Position numbers and translations under genes: made by a program
In this document: piece after piece, positions 1 through 9,090 of the stretch
Numbering within the stretch: position 1 is the first letter of the stretch
Layout of the letters: every line of letters starts with the position of its first letter
Source of the DNA: Candidatus Saccharimonadota bacterium
Lineage (GTDB): Bacteria; Pseudomonadota; Alphaproteobacteria; CAJXXZ01; 1604HC
NCBI RefSeq assembly: GCF_008189525.1
Contig: NZ_CP043314.1
Coordinates: 360,001-392,000 of the forward strand
Reading direction: 5' to 3'
DNA: 32,000 bases
Notes under the pieces: generated by a model
Databases searched by the model: none
What the model was told of the DNA's origin: nothing
What the model saw: the letters and a program-made list of their open reading frames with translations, nothing else

Positions 1-2
1 AA

Positions 3-668
3 ATGCCTGCTTACCACCTTTCTCTTCCAAACAGAAGAGGAATCACTCTTATCAATATAGGAGTAGGGCCTAGTAATGCTAAAAACATTACAGACCATTT
101 AGCTGTTCTTAAGCCTAATAGCTGGACAATGCTTGGACATTGCGCTGGATTACATTCAAGCCAAGAAGTCGGAGATTACGTATTGGCTCAAAACTACTCA
201 AGACATGATCATGTTTTAGATCCATATATTGCAAATAGAATACCTATTCCAGCATCAAAAGAATTGACAGAATGTCTAGAAGAAAGCGTCCTTAGAAACA
301 ACCACAATGGGGAAAAATTGCACAAAGGAACGATAGCAACTACTGGAGATAGAAACTGGGAACTAAATGGAGAAATGGTAAAAGAATTTTCAGAATCTAA
401 TGCTATAGCAGTGGATATGGAGTCTGCAACTATAGCAACAAATGGATTTAGGTTCTCTGTACCTTGCCTTACATTCCTATGCATATCAGACATGCCTCTG
501 CATAGAAAATTAAAACTAAAAGGAATGGCTCAAAACTTTTATGAAACCAGAATAAGAACCCATTTCAACACAGGAATGGAAGCTGTAAAGAATATAAACA
601 AAAAACTAAATTACAGCATAAGAACTAATTCAAGTAAAAAAGGTAAAAAACTGGTTCCATTTAGATAA
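3..668 (+). CDS. amn: AMP nucleosidase, C-terminal catalytic part (5' end lies outside the window)
   Basis: The frame is open from the window edge. The motifs GITLINIGVGPSNAKNITDHLAVL, GHCAGL, GDYVLA, DRNWEL and AVDMESATIA follow the order and spacing of E. coli-type Amn. Confidence 0.85.
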   Translation: MPAYHLSLPNRRGITLINIGVGPSNAKNITDHLAVLKPNSWTMLGHCAGLHSSQEVGDYVLAQNYSRHDHVLDPYIANRIPIPASKELTECLEESVLRNNHNGEKLHKGTIATTGDRNWELNGEMVKEFSESNAIAVDMESATIATNGFRFSVPCLTFLCISDMPLHRKLKLKGMAQNFYETRIRTHFNTGMEAVKNINKKLNYSIRTNSSKKGKKLVPFR

Positions 669-874
669 AAAAATTATTTAAAGAATATGGACTAAATTCA
701 CTAAACTTAGTTTAGACTTAGTTTAGAAATAATCACTACTACAGAAACATTCTTATATAACCTATATAACCTTTGTTGACTATCTTTGTATTAATTCACC
801 ATTCCCTTGAAATATGACCTGCAAACGCACTGCTCTGGGTAATAATTATACAAAAATATAAGTACAATGATGAG

Positions 875-1576
875 ATGAACGAAAAAATGAAACTAGACCT
901 TTACGCTTCTTTATTAGCATTTGAAACAATAAATTTCGAAGATGAAATCAAAAAGATAGAAAATAGTTTTGCAGGAATTCATTTAGATTATATAGATGGT
1001 AATTTTATAAACAAGTTTGGAATACCTCCTTATTTCATAAAATTTATAAAGAAATTTTTCAAGAAACCAATACAAGTACACATTATGGGGTATGTAGATA
1101 ACTTTATAGACGAAATTTTATCACAAGATGCATTGCCAGATTCTATTTTCTTCCACATAGACTCATCAAACAATCCAGAACTTGTTATAGAAAAAGTTAA
1201 ATCTAAAAATATAAAAATTGGAATCTCTATAGAAAATTTTGGAACAAAAGAAATGAGTATTTTTGATAAAATAGATGAAATATTGATCATGACTGTCAAA
1301 CCAGGCAAATGTGGTCAGAAATTCATTGAAAAAAACTTACTTATATTAGATAAAATTGATTCTTTTTGTAAAGAGAAAGCTACAAACGATTTTTACCATA
1401 CAAAGAATATTTTTGTAGATGGAGGGGTTAATTTAGAAACAATACAAGCAGTATATAAATATAATAATGATCATGAGAAAATTACAGAAAACACCATAAC
1501 CAATCAACATCACAAAATAAAAGGCTGCGTAGTTGGATCTGCATATAAGGATTTTTTGTACAATAAGATTAGTTAG
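875..1576 (+). CDS. rpe: Ribulose-phosphate 3-epimerase-like protein (divergent)
   Basis: Rpe TIM-barrel landmarks are present in order: IHLDYIDGNF (HxD..D), QVHIMG, MTVKPGKCGQKF, VDGG and VGSAY. The rest of the sequence is strongly diverged. Confidence 0.6.
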   Translation: MNEKMKLDLYASLLAFETINFEDEIKKIENSFAGIHLDYIDGNFINKFGIPPYFIKFIKKFFKKPIQVHIMGYVDNFIDEILSQDALPDSIFFHIDSSNNPELVIEKVKSKNIKIGISIENFGTKEMSIFDKIDEILIMTVKPGKCGQKFIEKNLLILDKIDSFCKEKATNDFYHTKNIFVDGGVNLETIQAVYKYNNDHEKITENTITNQHHKIKGCVVGSAYKDFLYNKIS

Positions 1577-1695
1577 TTAATTTAAATAATAAATTAACTT
1601 ATAAATATCATAAAATGTAAAAATAAGTTAATAAATAAACAAACAATGTACAAGTTTTCATTTTATCATTGTATCTTATGATGTATACTCACTTT

Positions 1696-2571
1696 ATGAA
1701 TCAAAAATGCTCTTTAGTTGCGATAGTTGGACCACCAAATGCTGGAAAATCTAGTTTACTAAATAATTGGCTTAACAAGAAAATAAGTATAGTCTCCTCA
1801 AAACCACACACCACTAGAAATAATGTGTTCGGATCAGTAACAAAAGAAGATACGCAGGTTGTTTTCGTTGACACTCCAGGATTTGCTAAAAAACATGGTG
1901 TATGGGGAAAGCACCTACAAAAATCTATGTATGAATCCTTAAAAGATGTAGACACAATATTATTAGTTATAGATTCTTTAAGTCCATTTAAGCTAGGAAC
2001 AGAGATATTATTTGATGTAGCAAAAAAAACTGATGCAAATTTATTAGTCACAGTACATAAAACAGATAGACCTAAAAAAAGCAAATTATATGAAATAGGA
2101 AGATGGTTAAAGGAATCCAAAAGTTATGAAGATCCAATTTTCTTAACTTCCACAAACACAAAAACTGGTACAGAGAAATTATTGGATAAAATAGTAAGCT
2201 TAGCTAAAGAAGGGCCTTGGTTATTTGATAAAGATCAAGATACAAACCTAACAAAAGAATGGATAGGTGCTGAATATGTTAGAGAAAAAGTATTCCAATC
2301 TATACACCAAGAAGTTCCCTTTAACATAGCCGTACAACCAACTGAATGGGATTTCAATTCAGAAAAATGGGTTTTAAGAGTCAGATTATTAGTCAGAACT
2401 TTATCTCATAAAAAAATCATTATAGGTAAAAAGGGATTCAAATTACAACAAATAGGATCTGCTGCAAGGGCTGAGTTAATGTCATTATGGGGACCTGGAC
2501 AGCTTTTTGTAGAAGTTGTAAAAGACAATCAATTTGAAGAAACAATTAAAGAACTTTATTACAGCAGCTAA
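1696..2571 (+). CDS. era: GTPase Era
   Basis: G1 GPPNAGKSS, G3 DTPG and a G4-like HKTD are present, plus a C-terminal KH motif IIGKKGFKLQQIG. The ORF is open from TTG 1669, but ATG 1696 (MNQKCSLVAIVG) gives the canonical Era N-terminus. Confidence 0.85.
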   Translation: MNQKCSLVAIVGPPNAGKSSLLNNWLNKKISIVSSKPHTTRNNVFGSVTKEDTQVVFVDTPGFAKKHGVWGKHLQKSMYESLKDVDTILLVIDSLSPFKLGTEILFDVAKKTDANLLVTVHKTDRPKKSKLYEIGRWLKESKSYEDPIFLTSTNTKTGTEKLLDKIVSLAKEGPWLFDKDQDTNLTKEWIGAEYVREKVFQSIHQEVPFNIAVQPTEWDFNSEKWVLRVRLLVRTLSHKKIIIGKKGFKLQQIGSAARAELMSLWGPGQLFVEVVKDNQFEETIKELYYSS

Positions 2572-2617
2572 ACCTATAATGTTGTGGAATAATTTTGAAC
2601 GTAAACTTAGATATTAA

Positions 2618-3364
2618 ATGGTTTTAAAACTAAGAGAAGGGGTTATATTGAACAAATCTGGCAAAGAAAAAATTTCAAGAATTTTTGATAAAGATCAACA
2701 AACAAAATTAGATATTTATATGCAAATGATACTGGATTGGCAACCTATGCTTCATTTGGTAAGCACAAACGCTCTTCAGAATCTAAGAAAACATATTTTG
2801 GATTCTGCTTATTTGTTAAAATTCATGGACAGTGAACTAACTTCTGCAAAATCTGAAAATGAAAGTTTTTTTGGGATAAAGAATATCACAGAACAAGATC
2901 AATTAAATGAACCAAAAAGTCCAGAACTATGTAAATATATATTGGATTTTGGATCTGGAAATGGGTTTCCTGGAGTTATTTTAGCTATATTAGGATTGGA
3001 TGTAATTTTAGTAGAAATTCATAAAAAGAAGTGCATTTTCTTAGATGAGGTAAAAATCAAATTAGAACTAAATAACTTGCAAGTATATAATTCTGATATC
3101 AGAAACTTTAATTTACAATCTTCTAATTCATGCAAATATAAAGAAATAAAATATATAGTTACCAAGGGATTTGGCAAGGTAGATAAATGCATAGAATATA
3201 CAGAGCATATTTGGTCAGAAGATACAGTAGGTTTGTTCATAAAATCTAATGATGTAGAGTCTGAATTGGAACAAGCTTTGACAAAATGGAATTTTAATCA
3301 CAAGATTCTAAGTAGGTATATGCCTGGATTTGTATTAGAGTTAAAAAATTTAAGAAAAATCTGA
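2618..3364 (+). CDS. rsmG: 16S rRNA (guanine527-N7)-methyltransferase RsmG/GidB
   Basis: The SAM-binding motif ILDFGSGNGFPGVILAI is present. The position immediately upstream of parA-parB matches the classic gid-par cluster. There is a hydrophilic insertion before the SAM motif. Confidence 0.75.
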   Translation: MVLKLREGVILNKSGKEKISRIFDKDQQTKLDIYMQMILDWQPMLHLVSTNALQNLRKHILDSAYLLKFMDSELTSAKSENESFFGIKNITEQDQLNEPKSPELCKYILDFGSGNGFPGVILAILGLDVILVEIHKKKCIFLDEVKIKLELNNLQVYNSDIRNFNLQSSNSCKYKEIKYIVTKGFGKVDKCIEYTEHIWSEDTVGLFIKSNDVESELEQALTKWNFNHKILSRYMPGFVLELKNLRKI

Positions 3365-3586
3365 TAAGCATTAAAGTATAGATATAGTAGTAATAATGAT
3401 TTTTAGGTTAAACTGTTTGCAAAACAAGCTAAATATTAAACTTAAATAAATAAAAATTAAATATACTAGATTTTAAAACATGATTATAAGCAAACAGGGG
3501 CGAAGTTGAACAAAATCATCACAATCATAAGTAAGGATTATATAAAGAATCCTAGAAATACAAATTTTATAAGGATAATGTTAAAA

Positions 3587-3776
3587 AACAGGAGCGCAAG
3601 TTGAATAGAAACAAAACCATCGCGGTGGTGAATCAGGAAGATGCCCCAAGGAGAATAACAGGAGCGCAAGTTGAATAGAAACAAAACCATCGCGGTGGTG
3701 AATCAGGAAGATGCCCCAAGGAGAATAACAGGAGCGCAAGTTGAATAGAAACAAAACCATCGCGGTGGTGAATCAG
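3587..3776 (+). repeat. 70-bp tandem repeat (2 perfect copies plus a 50-bp third copy that runs into parA); a degenerate older copy lies at about 3492-3586
   Basis: The string ggagcgcaag recurs at 3591, 3661 and 3731. Copies 3587-3656 and 3657-3726 read identically. Each unit contains AGGAG, a 6-nt spacer, TTG and the first 12 parA codons. Confidence 0.95.
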
Positions 3777-4499
3777 AAGGGAGGAGTAGGAAAAACCACT
3801 ACTGCTGTAAATTTATCTACTGCACTTGCTCAAAAAGGGAAAAAAGTTCTGTTGATAGATTTAGATCCTCAGGGAAACGCAACTACTGGAGTTGGTTTAG
3901 AGAAAAATTCCGTAAGCAATTCATATGATCTATTTTTTGAAAAAGTACAAGAAAGTAAAACCTTTGTGGAAAATTTACATTGCATTCCTAGTAGTAAAGA
4001 TTTAGCAGGGATTGCAATAGAGCTGGCTTCTGATCCAGTAAAAAATTACAAACTAAAGCAATCTATAAATTATCCTGAATATGACTACATAATCATGGAT
4101 TCTCCACCTACACTAGGATTGATAAGCTTGAATATTTTGAACGCATGTAATGGAATTATTATACCAATGCAATGTGAGTTTTACTCACTTGAAGGAATAG
4201 CTCAGCTAATGGAAACAATAAGCTCTGTAAGAGAAAATTGGAACAAAGATATTAAAATAGATGGAATACTAATGACAATGTTCGACAGAAGAAATATGCT
4301 TTCTAAAGATGTTTTGAATGAAGTAACAATGTTTTTCAAAGATTTAGTTTTTGAAACAAAAATACCTAGAAATGTTAAACTAGCAGAAGCTCCTTCTTTT
4401 GGGAAGCCAGGAGTAATTTACAGTCCATTATCTCCAGGGGCAAAAGCTTATGATGATTTAGCAGAAGAATTTTTATCTAAAGAAAAATTAAATCAATAA
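3741..4499 (+). CDS. parA: Chromosome partitioning ATPase ParA/Soj
   Basis: The deviant Walker A is present in [19 protein letters not shown], followed by [18 protein letters not shown] and a C-terminal EAPSFGKP. The start is TTG, preceded by AGGAG. Confidence 0.9.
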   Translation: MNRNKTIAVVNQKGGVGKTTTAVNLSTALAQKGKKVLLIDLDPQGNATTGVGLEKNSVSNSYDLFFEKVQESKTFVENLHCIPSSKDLAGIAIELASDPVKNYKLKQSINYPEYDYIIMDSPPTLGLISLNILNACNGIIIPMQCEFYSLEGIAQLMETISSVRENWNKDIKIDGILMTMFDRRNMLSKDVLNEVTMFFKDLVFETKIPRNVKLAEAPSFGKPGVIYSPLSPGAKAYDDLAEEFLSKEKLNQ

Positions 4500-4662
4500 G
4501 AATCTAAATCAGAAAATAAATACTAAACTAACCTTAAGAAATATAAAAATAAGTTATATAATGTGGGTAAAGTTAAAACTAAATGATTTTAAATAGCATA
4601 ATAAACAAAATATTTGTTTTACTATCAAATTATTTATTACAAATTATAAAATGGAGATTTAA

Positions 4663-5676
4663 TTGAATTCAAAAAATCATAGACCTAGAATAGGAAAAGG
4701 GCTTCAAGCTTTGTTAGAAACAGAAACATCCCAATTCAAAGAAATAAGCATTAAAAAACTTCACCCTAGTAAATTTCAAACAAGAACAGAGTTTAAAGAA
4801 AGCGAAATAGAAGAATTATCAGCAACAATTAAAACAAACGGTATCTTACAGCCTATAATAGTAAAAAAAACAGAACTATCTTCCTCTAATACTGAACAAA
4901 AATTCGAAATAATAGCTGGAGAAAGAAGGTTTAGAGCTGCTAAATTAGCAGGTTTAGAAAACATTCCATGTAGAGTTGTAAATTGGTCAGAAGAAGAAAT
5001 AATCGAAGCAAACTTACTGGAAAATATACAAAGATCTCAGTTAAATGGAATAGAAGAAGCCAGAGCTTATAAAAAATTACTAGATAAATACAGCATTACA
5101 CAGGAAGAGTTATCAAAGAAGGTTGGTAAAAGCAGAAGCCATATTGCTAATCTAGTCAGATTACTTAAATTACCTGAAAATATACAAAATGAAATATTAA
5201 AAGGAAACCTAACTGTAGGTCATGGGAAAGCTCTATTACAAAAAGAAAACACACAATTAATGGAAGAAGAGTTAGGTAGAATCCTAAAAGAAAATCTTTC
5301 TGTTAGAGATATAGAAAATAGATCAAACAATGTTCCAGAGAATATGAATGATTATAATCCAAAAAATAATAACAAAAATTCAAGGAAGTCAGATAACGCA
5401 CAGAATGGAAAAACTGGAAAGATAAATCTAGGCGGTCATAATCAAGAAAAAACTGAAGAACAATGTATAAATGTAAATGAACCAAAATCACAAGCAAGCA
5501 AAACCAAAAATGAGGATCTGATTCTAATAGAAAGTCAAATTTCTCAATTATTAGATTACACGACTGAAATAGAAATGTTATCTAAATCTTCCGGAAATAT
5601 AAAAATAAATTTCAAAAACAGTATAGATCTTGATGATATTTTATCTAAACTATCTTCGATACAGAAAAAAAAATAA
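4663..5676 (+). CDS. parB: Chromosome partitioning protein ParB/Spo0J, with a long low-complexity insertion before the C-terminal dimerisation segment
   Basis: An N-terminal GKGLQALL is followed by the ParB box IIAGERRFRAAKLAG and the HTH TQEELSKKVGKSRSHIANLVRLLKL. The start is TTG with GGAG 7 nt upstream. Confidence 0.9.
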   Translation: MNSKNHRPRIGKGLQALLETETSQFKEISIKKLHPSKFQTRTEFKESEIEELSATIKTNGILQPIIVKKTELSSSNTEQKFEIIAGERRFRAAKLAGLENIPCRVVNWSEEEIIEANLLENIQRSQLNGIEEARAYKKLLDKYSITQEELSKKVGKSRSHIANLVRLLKLPENIQNEILKGNLTVGHGKALLQKENTQLMEEELGRILKENLSVRDIENRSNNVPENMNDYNPKNNNKNSRKSDNAQNGKTGKINLGGHNQEKTEEQCINVNEPKSQASKTKNEDLILIESQISQLLDYTTEIEMLSKSSGNIKINFKNSIDLDDILSKLSSIQKKK

Positions 5677-5836
5677 TATAATAAAAACAAGAACTATAGA
5701 AACCAAATGCAACAACACTAAAAAAATAAATATATGTAATAGAAAATAAAATCAATAGATACAAACAGTTAAGATTTTTTTAGAATAGATTCCTTGAAAT
5801 GTATACAAAATACGCAGTAGATACAAACACGTCAAG

Positions 5837-6556
5837 ATGATACAATTCCGAATGGATAGTAATTCAATTTATTCTAACATTTCACGTTTTAAAATCAGTT
5901 TATCAAAACTTTCAACTAAACTTTCGAAATATTTTAGACCAAAGGGGTTTAGTTTTTTTGAAATAGGTATAGTGATTTTCTTGATTAGCATATTACTTGG
6001 ATATGTAATAAAAAAAGGGTCTACAATCATGGAAAAGACAAAAATGTTCGAAGTATCAAATAAAATAAGAGATACAAAAATGTCCATCGAATCTTTCAAG
6101 ATTTCTCATGGATTCTTACCAGGAGATTGTCCTCATAAAAATATGTACAAACCAGGAAATGGAAACAATATAATAGAAGGAAAAGGATTAGAGAAAGACT
6201 CAGAGTCTTATGTTTTTTGGGATCACCTTTACATGCATGAAAATACTAAAATCCCTAAATCTCATTTTATAAGTGTAATGGGAGGGGGTATAATTACCGT
6301 TGAGCAAAACCCTGATGGATTAGAAGATGCATGGTTAATTATAGGAAAACCTGTAACATCAACTAACAGAGCTAATGGCCCTTTGTTCAGTTATACGAAC
6401 ATTATAGAGTTAATCAAAAATCTTAGTGATTCTATTGATGATGGAGAATTAATGATAAAAACGGCAAATGAAGGTTCTGCAAAGAAACCTGAGGAAATTT
6501 CTAATGAAAACAAACAATCATCTAAGAAAATTTTTACAGCATATATCAGAATATGA
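5837..6556 (+). CDS. Prepilin-type (class III signal) pilin/pseudopilin-like protein
   Basis: The sequence RPKG|FSFFEIGIVIFLISILLGYVI has G at -1, F at +1, E at +5 and a hydrophobic alpha-1 helix. Further on, a GFLPGD segment resembles the start of a pseudopilin globular domain. The leader length is uncertain (alternative start ATG 5852). Confidence 0.6.
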   Translation: MIQFRMDSNSIYSNISRFKISLSKLSTKLSKYFRPKGFSFFEIGIVIFLISILLGYVIKKGSTIMEKTKMFEVSNKIRDTKMSIESFKISHGFLPGDCPHKNMYKPGNGNNIIEGKGLEKDSESYVFWDHLYMHENTKIPKSHFISVMGGGIITVEQNPDGLEDAWLIIGKPVTSTNRANGPLFSYTNIIELIKNLSDSIDDGELMIKTANEGSAKKPEEISNENKQSSKKIFTAYIRI

Positions 6557-6658
6557 TAATAGTACGGTGGTTTAATAACAGTATTAAAACCATATAAACT
6601 TAAATTTCAGCAGTTTGTTAATAATTAAAAAATAGGAACATAAAGGAAAATAACCTTA

Positions 6659-7909
6659 ATGAAAAATAAATATATATCCAGAAATACAAACATAATGTAC
6701 ATAAATAATGTGAAGAAATTTCTAAGACCAAAAGGATTTTCTATGCTTGAAATGGCAATAGTTTTAGTAATATTTGGTTCATTAAGTAGCATTATGTTTA
6801 GCTCGATGCAAAAGTATGTAAAGTGGCAAAGAAGTGAAGTAACTAAATCGAATATGGAAAAAATCTTAAAATCACTTGGAACTTTTGTTTCGTCACGTGG
6901 CAGATTACCATATCCATCCACACCTTCAAATAAGTTTCCTGACCCTGATAATCCAGTTACTGTAGCTCCAGGGTTTGAATACCCTTGGCCTAAAAATGAT
7001 AAAGAATGGGGAAATATATACTTATATTCAGGCATAGTTCCATTCAAAACATTACAAATACCTGAGCACATGGCCAAAGATGGGAATGGTAGATATTTTA
7101 CATACGTTATGGACACTACATTAGGCGGACGAACATATGTAGAATCCGTTTCACCAAATGATGACAGAATAAAATATGAATATGATTCTGATGATAAAGA
7201 TATAAAAATATCTAGCTTTTGCTTTGTAAGACACTATGGAGATCCTACAGAAATAACCAAAGGTGAAATAACCAAAGGAGTTGGAGATTCAGGGTATTTC
7301 AAGCATATTGGACTTAATTTCAGAGCATCTCTAGTAGATTTAGTGCATTGGAGAGAAAAAATTAGTTTGATTGAAGACAAAACTGTATACGCATATCAGC
7401 TTATGTATCCAGAATATATACCTCAAAACAATCTTGCTACTAAATATTTTATAAGTGAAATGTACCAACATGACAATGATCTCTATAGACAACACCATAG
7501 ACCATATGTTCTAAACAAAGCTTTCTCTGCTAAAATGAGCTCTTCACACAAAGGGCTTGTTGTAAGGGATACAATAGCTGTAGTACTCATAAGTCACGGA
7601 GATTCAGGTGGATGGATAACACCAAATGGAACAAGGCAACCTTTAAAGGGAGATGTGTCAAGAGGGAAAAGATGTAATTCAAAGCATAATGGTTCTTTTT
7701 TTGAAACTGATATAGAAACCAAAAAAGATAAGAGTAAGATTTTCGATGATACTGTTTTATTTGTATCCAGATTCAATTTTGCAGCACTCTACGGAGGATT
7801 CTTATGCGAATCATTAAGTTCAAGCCAAAGACACGTACCTTATATACCTGCACCTCATATAGCTGATAAAATAGCTAAAAAACAAAATTTGACAGAACAT
7901 AATCAATAA
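6659..7909 (+). CDS. Large (416 aa) prepilin-type pilin-like protein
   Basis: The sequence RPKG|FSMLEMAIVLVIFGSLSSIMF has the same G/F..E signature as the upstream gene, followed by a GRLPYP segment. The remaining roughly 350 aa have no motif I recognise. Confidence 0.55.
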   Translation: MKNKYISRNTNIMYINNVKKFLRPKGFSMLEMAIVLVIFGSLSSIMFSSMQKYVKWQRSEVTKSNMEKILKSLGTFVSSRGRLPYPSTPSNKFPDPDNPVTVAPGFEYPWPKNDKEWGNIYLYSGIVPFKTLQIPEHMAKDGNGRYFTYVMDTTLGGRTYVESVSPNDDRIKYEYDSDDKDIKISSFCFVRHYGDPTEITKGEITKGVGDSGYFKHIGLNFRASLVDLVHWREKISLIEDKTVYAYQLMYPEYIPQNNLATKYFISEMYQHDNDLYRQHHRPYVLNKAFSAKMSSSHKGLVVRDTIAVVLISHGDSGGWITPNGTRQPLKGDVSRGKRCNSKHNGSFFETDIETKKDKSKIFDDTVLFVSRFNFAALYGGFLCESLSSSQRHVPYIPAPHIADKIAKKQNLTEHNQ

Positions 7910-8086
7910 AAAGTCAAACTTAAAAACTAGAAATGTAGTGGGTATATATAATAAATATAAAGAGATATGATAATAAAATTAGAGCGAAAATAGAACGAAA
8001 TAATTAAAAAACAGAGCTAAATAATTATAACAATTGTAATAAAATAGTTATTGAGATTTATCATCAAAAAATAGAATAAGGATAAA

Positions 8087-8815
8087 ATGTATATAGATGA
8101 ATGCAGAAAATGGATGTCATTTGTTATTGAGCTAGCATTAAAAACAAAGAATCATGAAGAAGTACCAGTAGCATGTGTTATTTTGAATAAAACACTTACA
8201 AATCAAAGCTCATCATCATTAAATAAATTACAGCTAAAATCTACAGAGCCTGACAGAAAAACATTTCACAATAACAAAAACCAAAAGTATAGCGAATGTA
8301 TATCTCAAATTAATTCCAATGAATATAAAAATACTAATGAGTATAATAACGAGTATAAATATGAATTAGTATCTAAATCTTCAAATCAAGTACAGCTAAA
8401 ACAAAATCCATTAAAGCATGCAGAATTAATAGCACTTGAGCTAGCTTTGAAAAAATTAAATACAAAGTATCTTACAAACTGTATTTTAATAACAAACTTA
8501 GAGCCTTGCGATATGTGCATGAAGGCTATAGAGCTATGTAAAATAAAAAGAGTTATCTTTGGAGCGTATAGAAATAATTTAAACCAAAATAAATTAGATA
8601 ACGATCTACAAGAAAATCATAAAGAAAGACATATTAGTAACATGCAAAATAATTCACAAAAACATAATACTAATTATCATTCTTGCAAGAGTCATAACAA
8701 TTACCATGATTATCACTATAAAAATCACTCTAGTCATCATATTGGTGGAGTAATGGAAACTGAATGTAAAAAAATACTTCAGAATTTCTTTAAAAAAATC
8801 AGAGAAAGAAATTAA
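8087..8815 (+). CDS. tadA: tRNA-specific adenosine deaminase TadA with two large low-complexity insertions
   Basis: The deaminase zinc motifs are present: EVPVACVIL, KHAELIALE (HAE) and LEPCDMCMKAI (PCxxC). They are followed by VIFGAY and a C-terminal GGVMETECKKILQNFFKKIR. Confidence 0.75.
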   Translation: MYIDECRKWMSFVIELALKTKNHEEVPVACVILNKTLTNQSSSSLNKLQLKSTEPDRKTFHNNKNQKYSECISQINSNEYKNTNEYNNEYKYELVSKSSNQVQLKQNPLKHAELIALELALKKLNTKYLTNCILITNLEPCDMCMKAIELCKIKRVIFGAYRNNLNQNKLDNDLQENHKERHISNMQNNSQKHNTNYHSCKSHNNYHDYHYKNHSSHHIGGVMETECKKILQNFFKKIRERN

Positions 8816-9090
8816 TATCTTACAAAAAGACTAACAAAACATATAAGGATCATTTTCAAACCAAAATAAAATATGGGTAAATCCATTTAACCTAGTAAAA
8901 TCAAGCGTTAATTCTAATTAATTTTATGCTTTTGTCTTAATTTCTAACTTAATTACATAAAAACAATAGATTATTTTGCTTTGTTTTTAAAAAGTTTATT
9001 GCAAATCTTTCTTATATTTTATTTTTTTGAAACATTATTTTGACAGTTTTTTAAAAGTTAAATGTTTTAACTAATTTGAGAGGAAAAAAA

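Noticed and set aside
701-726. A short palindrome ctaaac-tta-gtttag and an 11-bp tandem duplication (acttagtttag x2) downstream of amn, considered as a terminator.
   Set aside because: The stem is 6 bp and entirely weak pairs, and no U-tract follows, so this is not a credible intrinsic terminator. The same applies to the 5-bp hairpins seen after hcp (about 11826-11848) and at 31572-31585.
5876-5892. A parS-like half-site (atttcacgttttaaa), and an AT-rich inverted repeat aaacaa-N5-ttgttt in the parA-parB spacer at about 4603-4619.
   Set aside because: Only about 9 of 14 positions match the TGTTTCACGTGAAACA consensus, and the second arm is missing. The spacer palindrome has the arms in the wrong orientation and is unremarkable in DNA this AT-rich. 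There is no convincing parS in the window.
9040-9090. A sigma-70-like -35 hexamer TTGACA upstream of tssBC.
   Set aside because: No acceptable -10 hexamer lies at 16-18 bp spacing. In DNA this AT-rich, isolated hexamer matches are expected by chance, so this is not reported as a feature.
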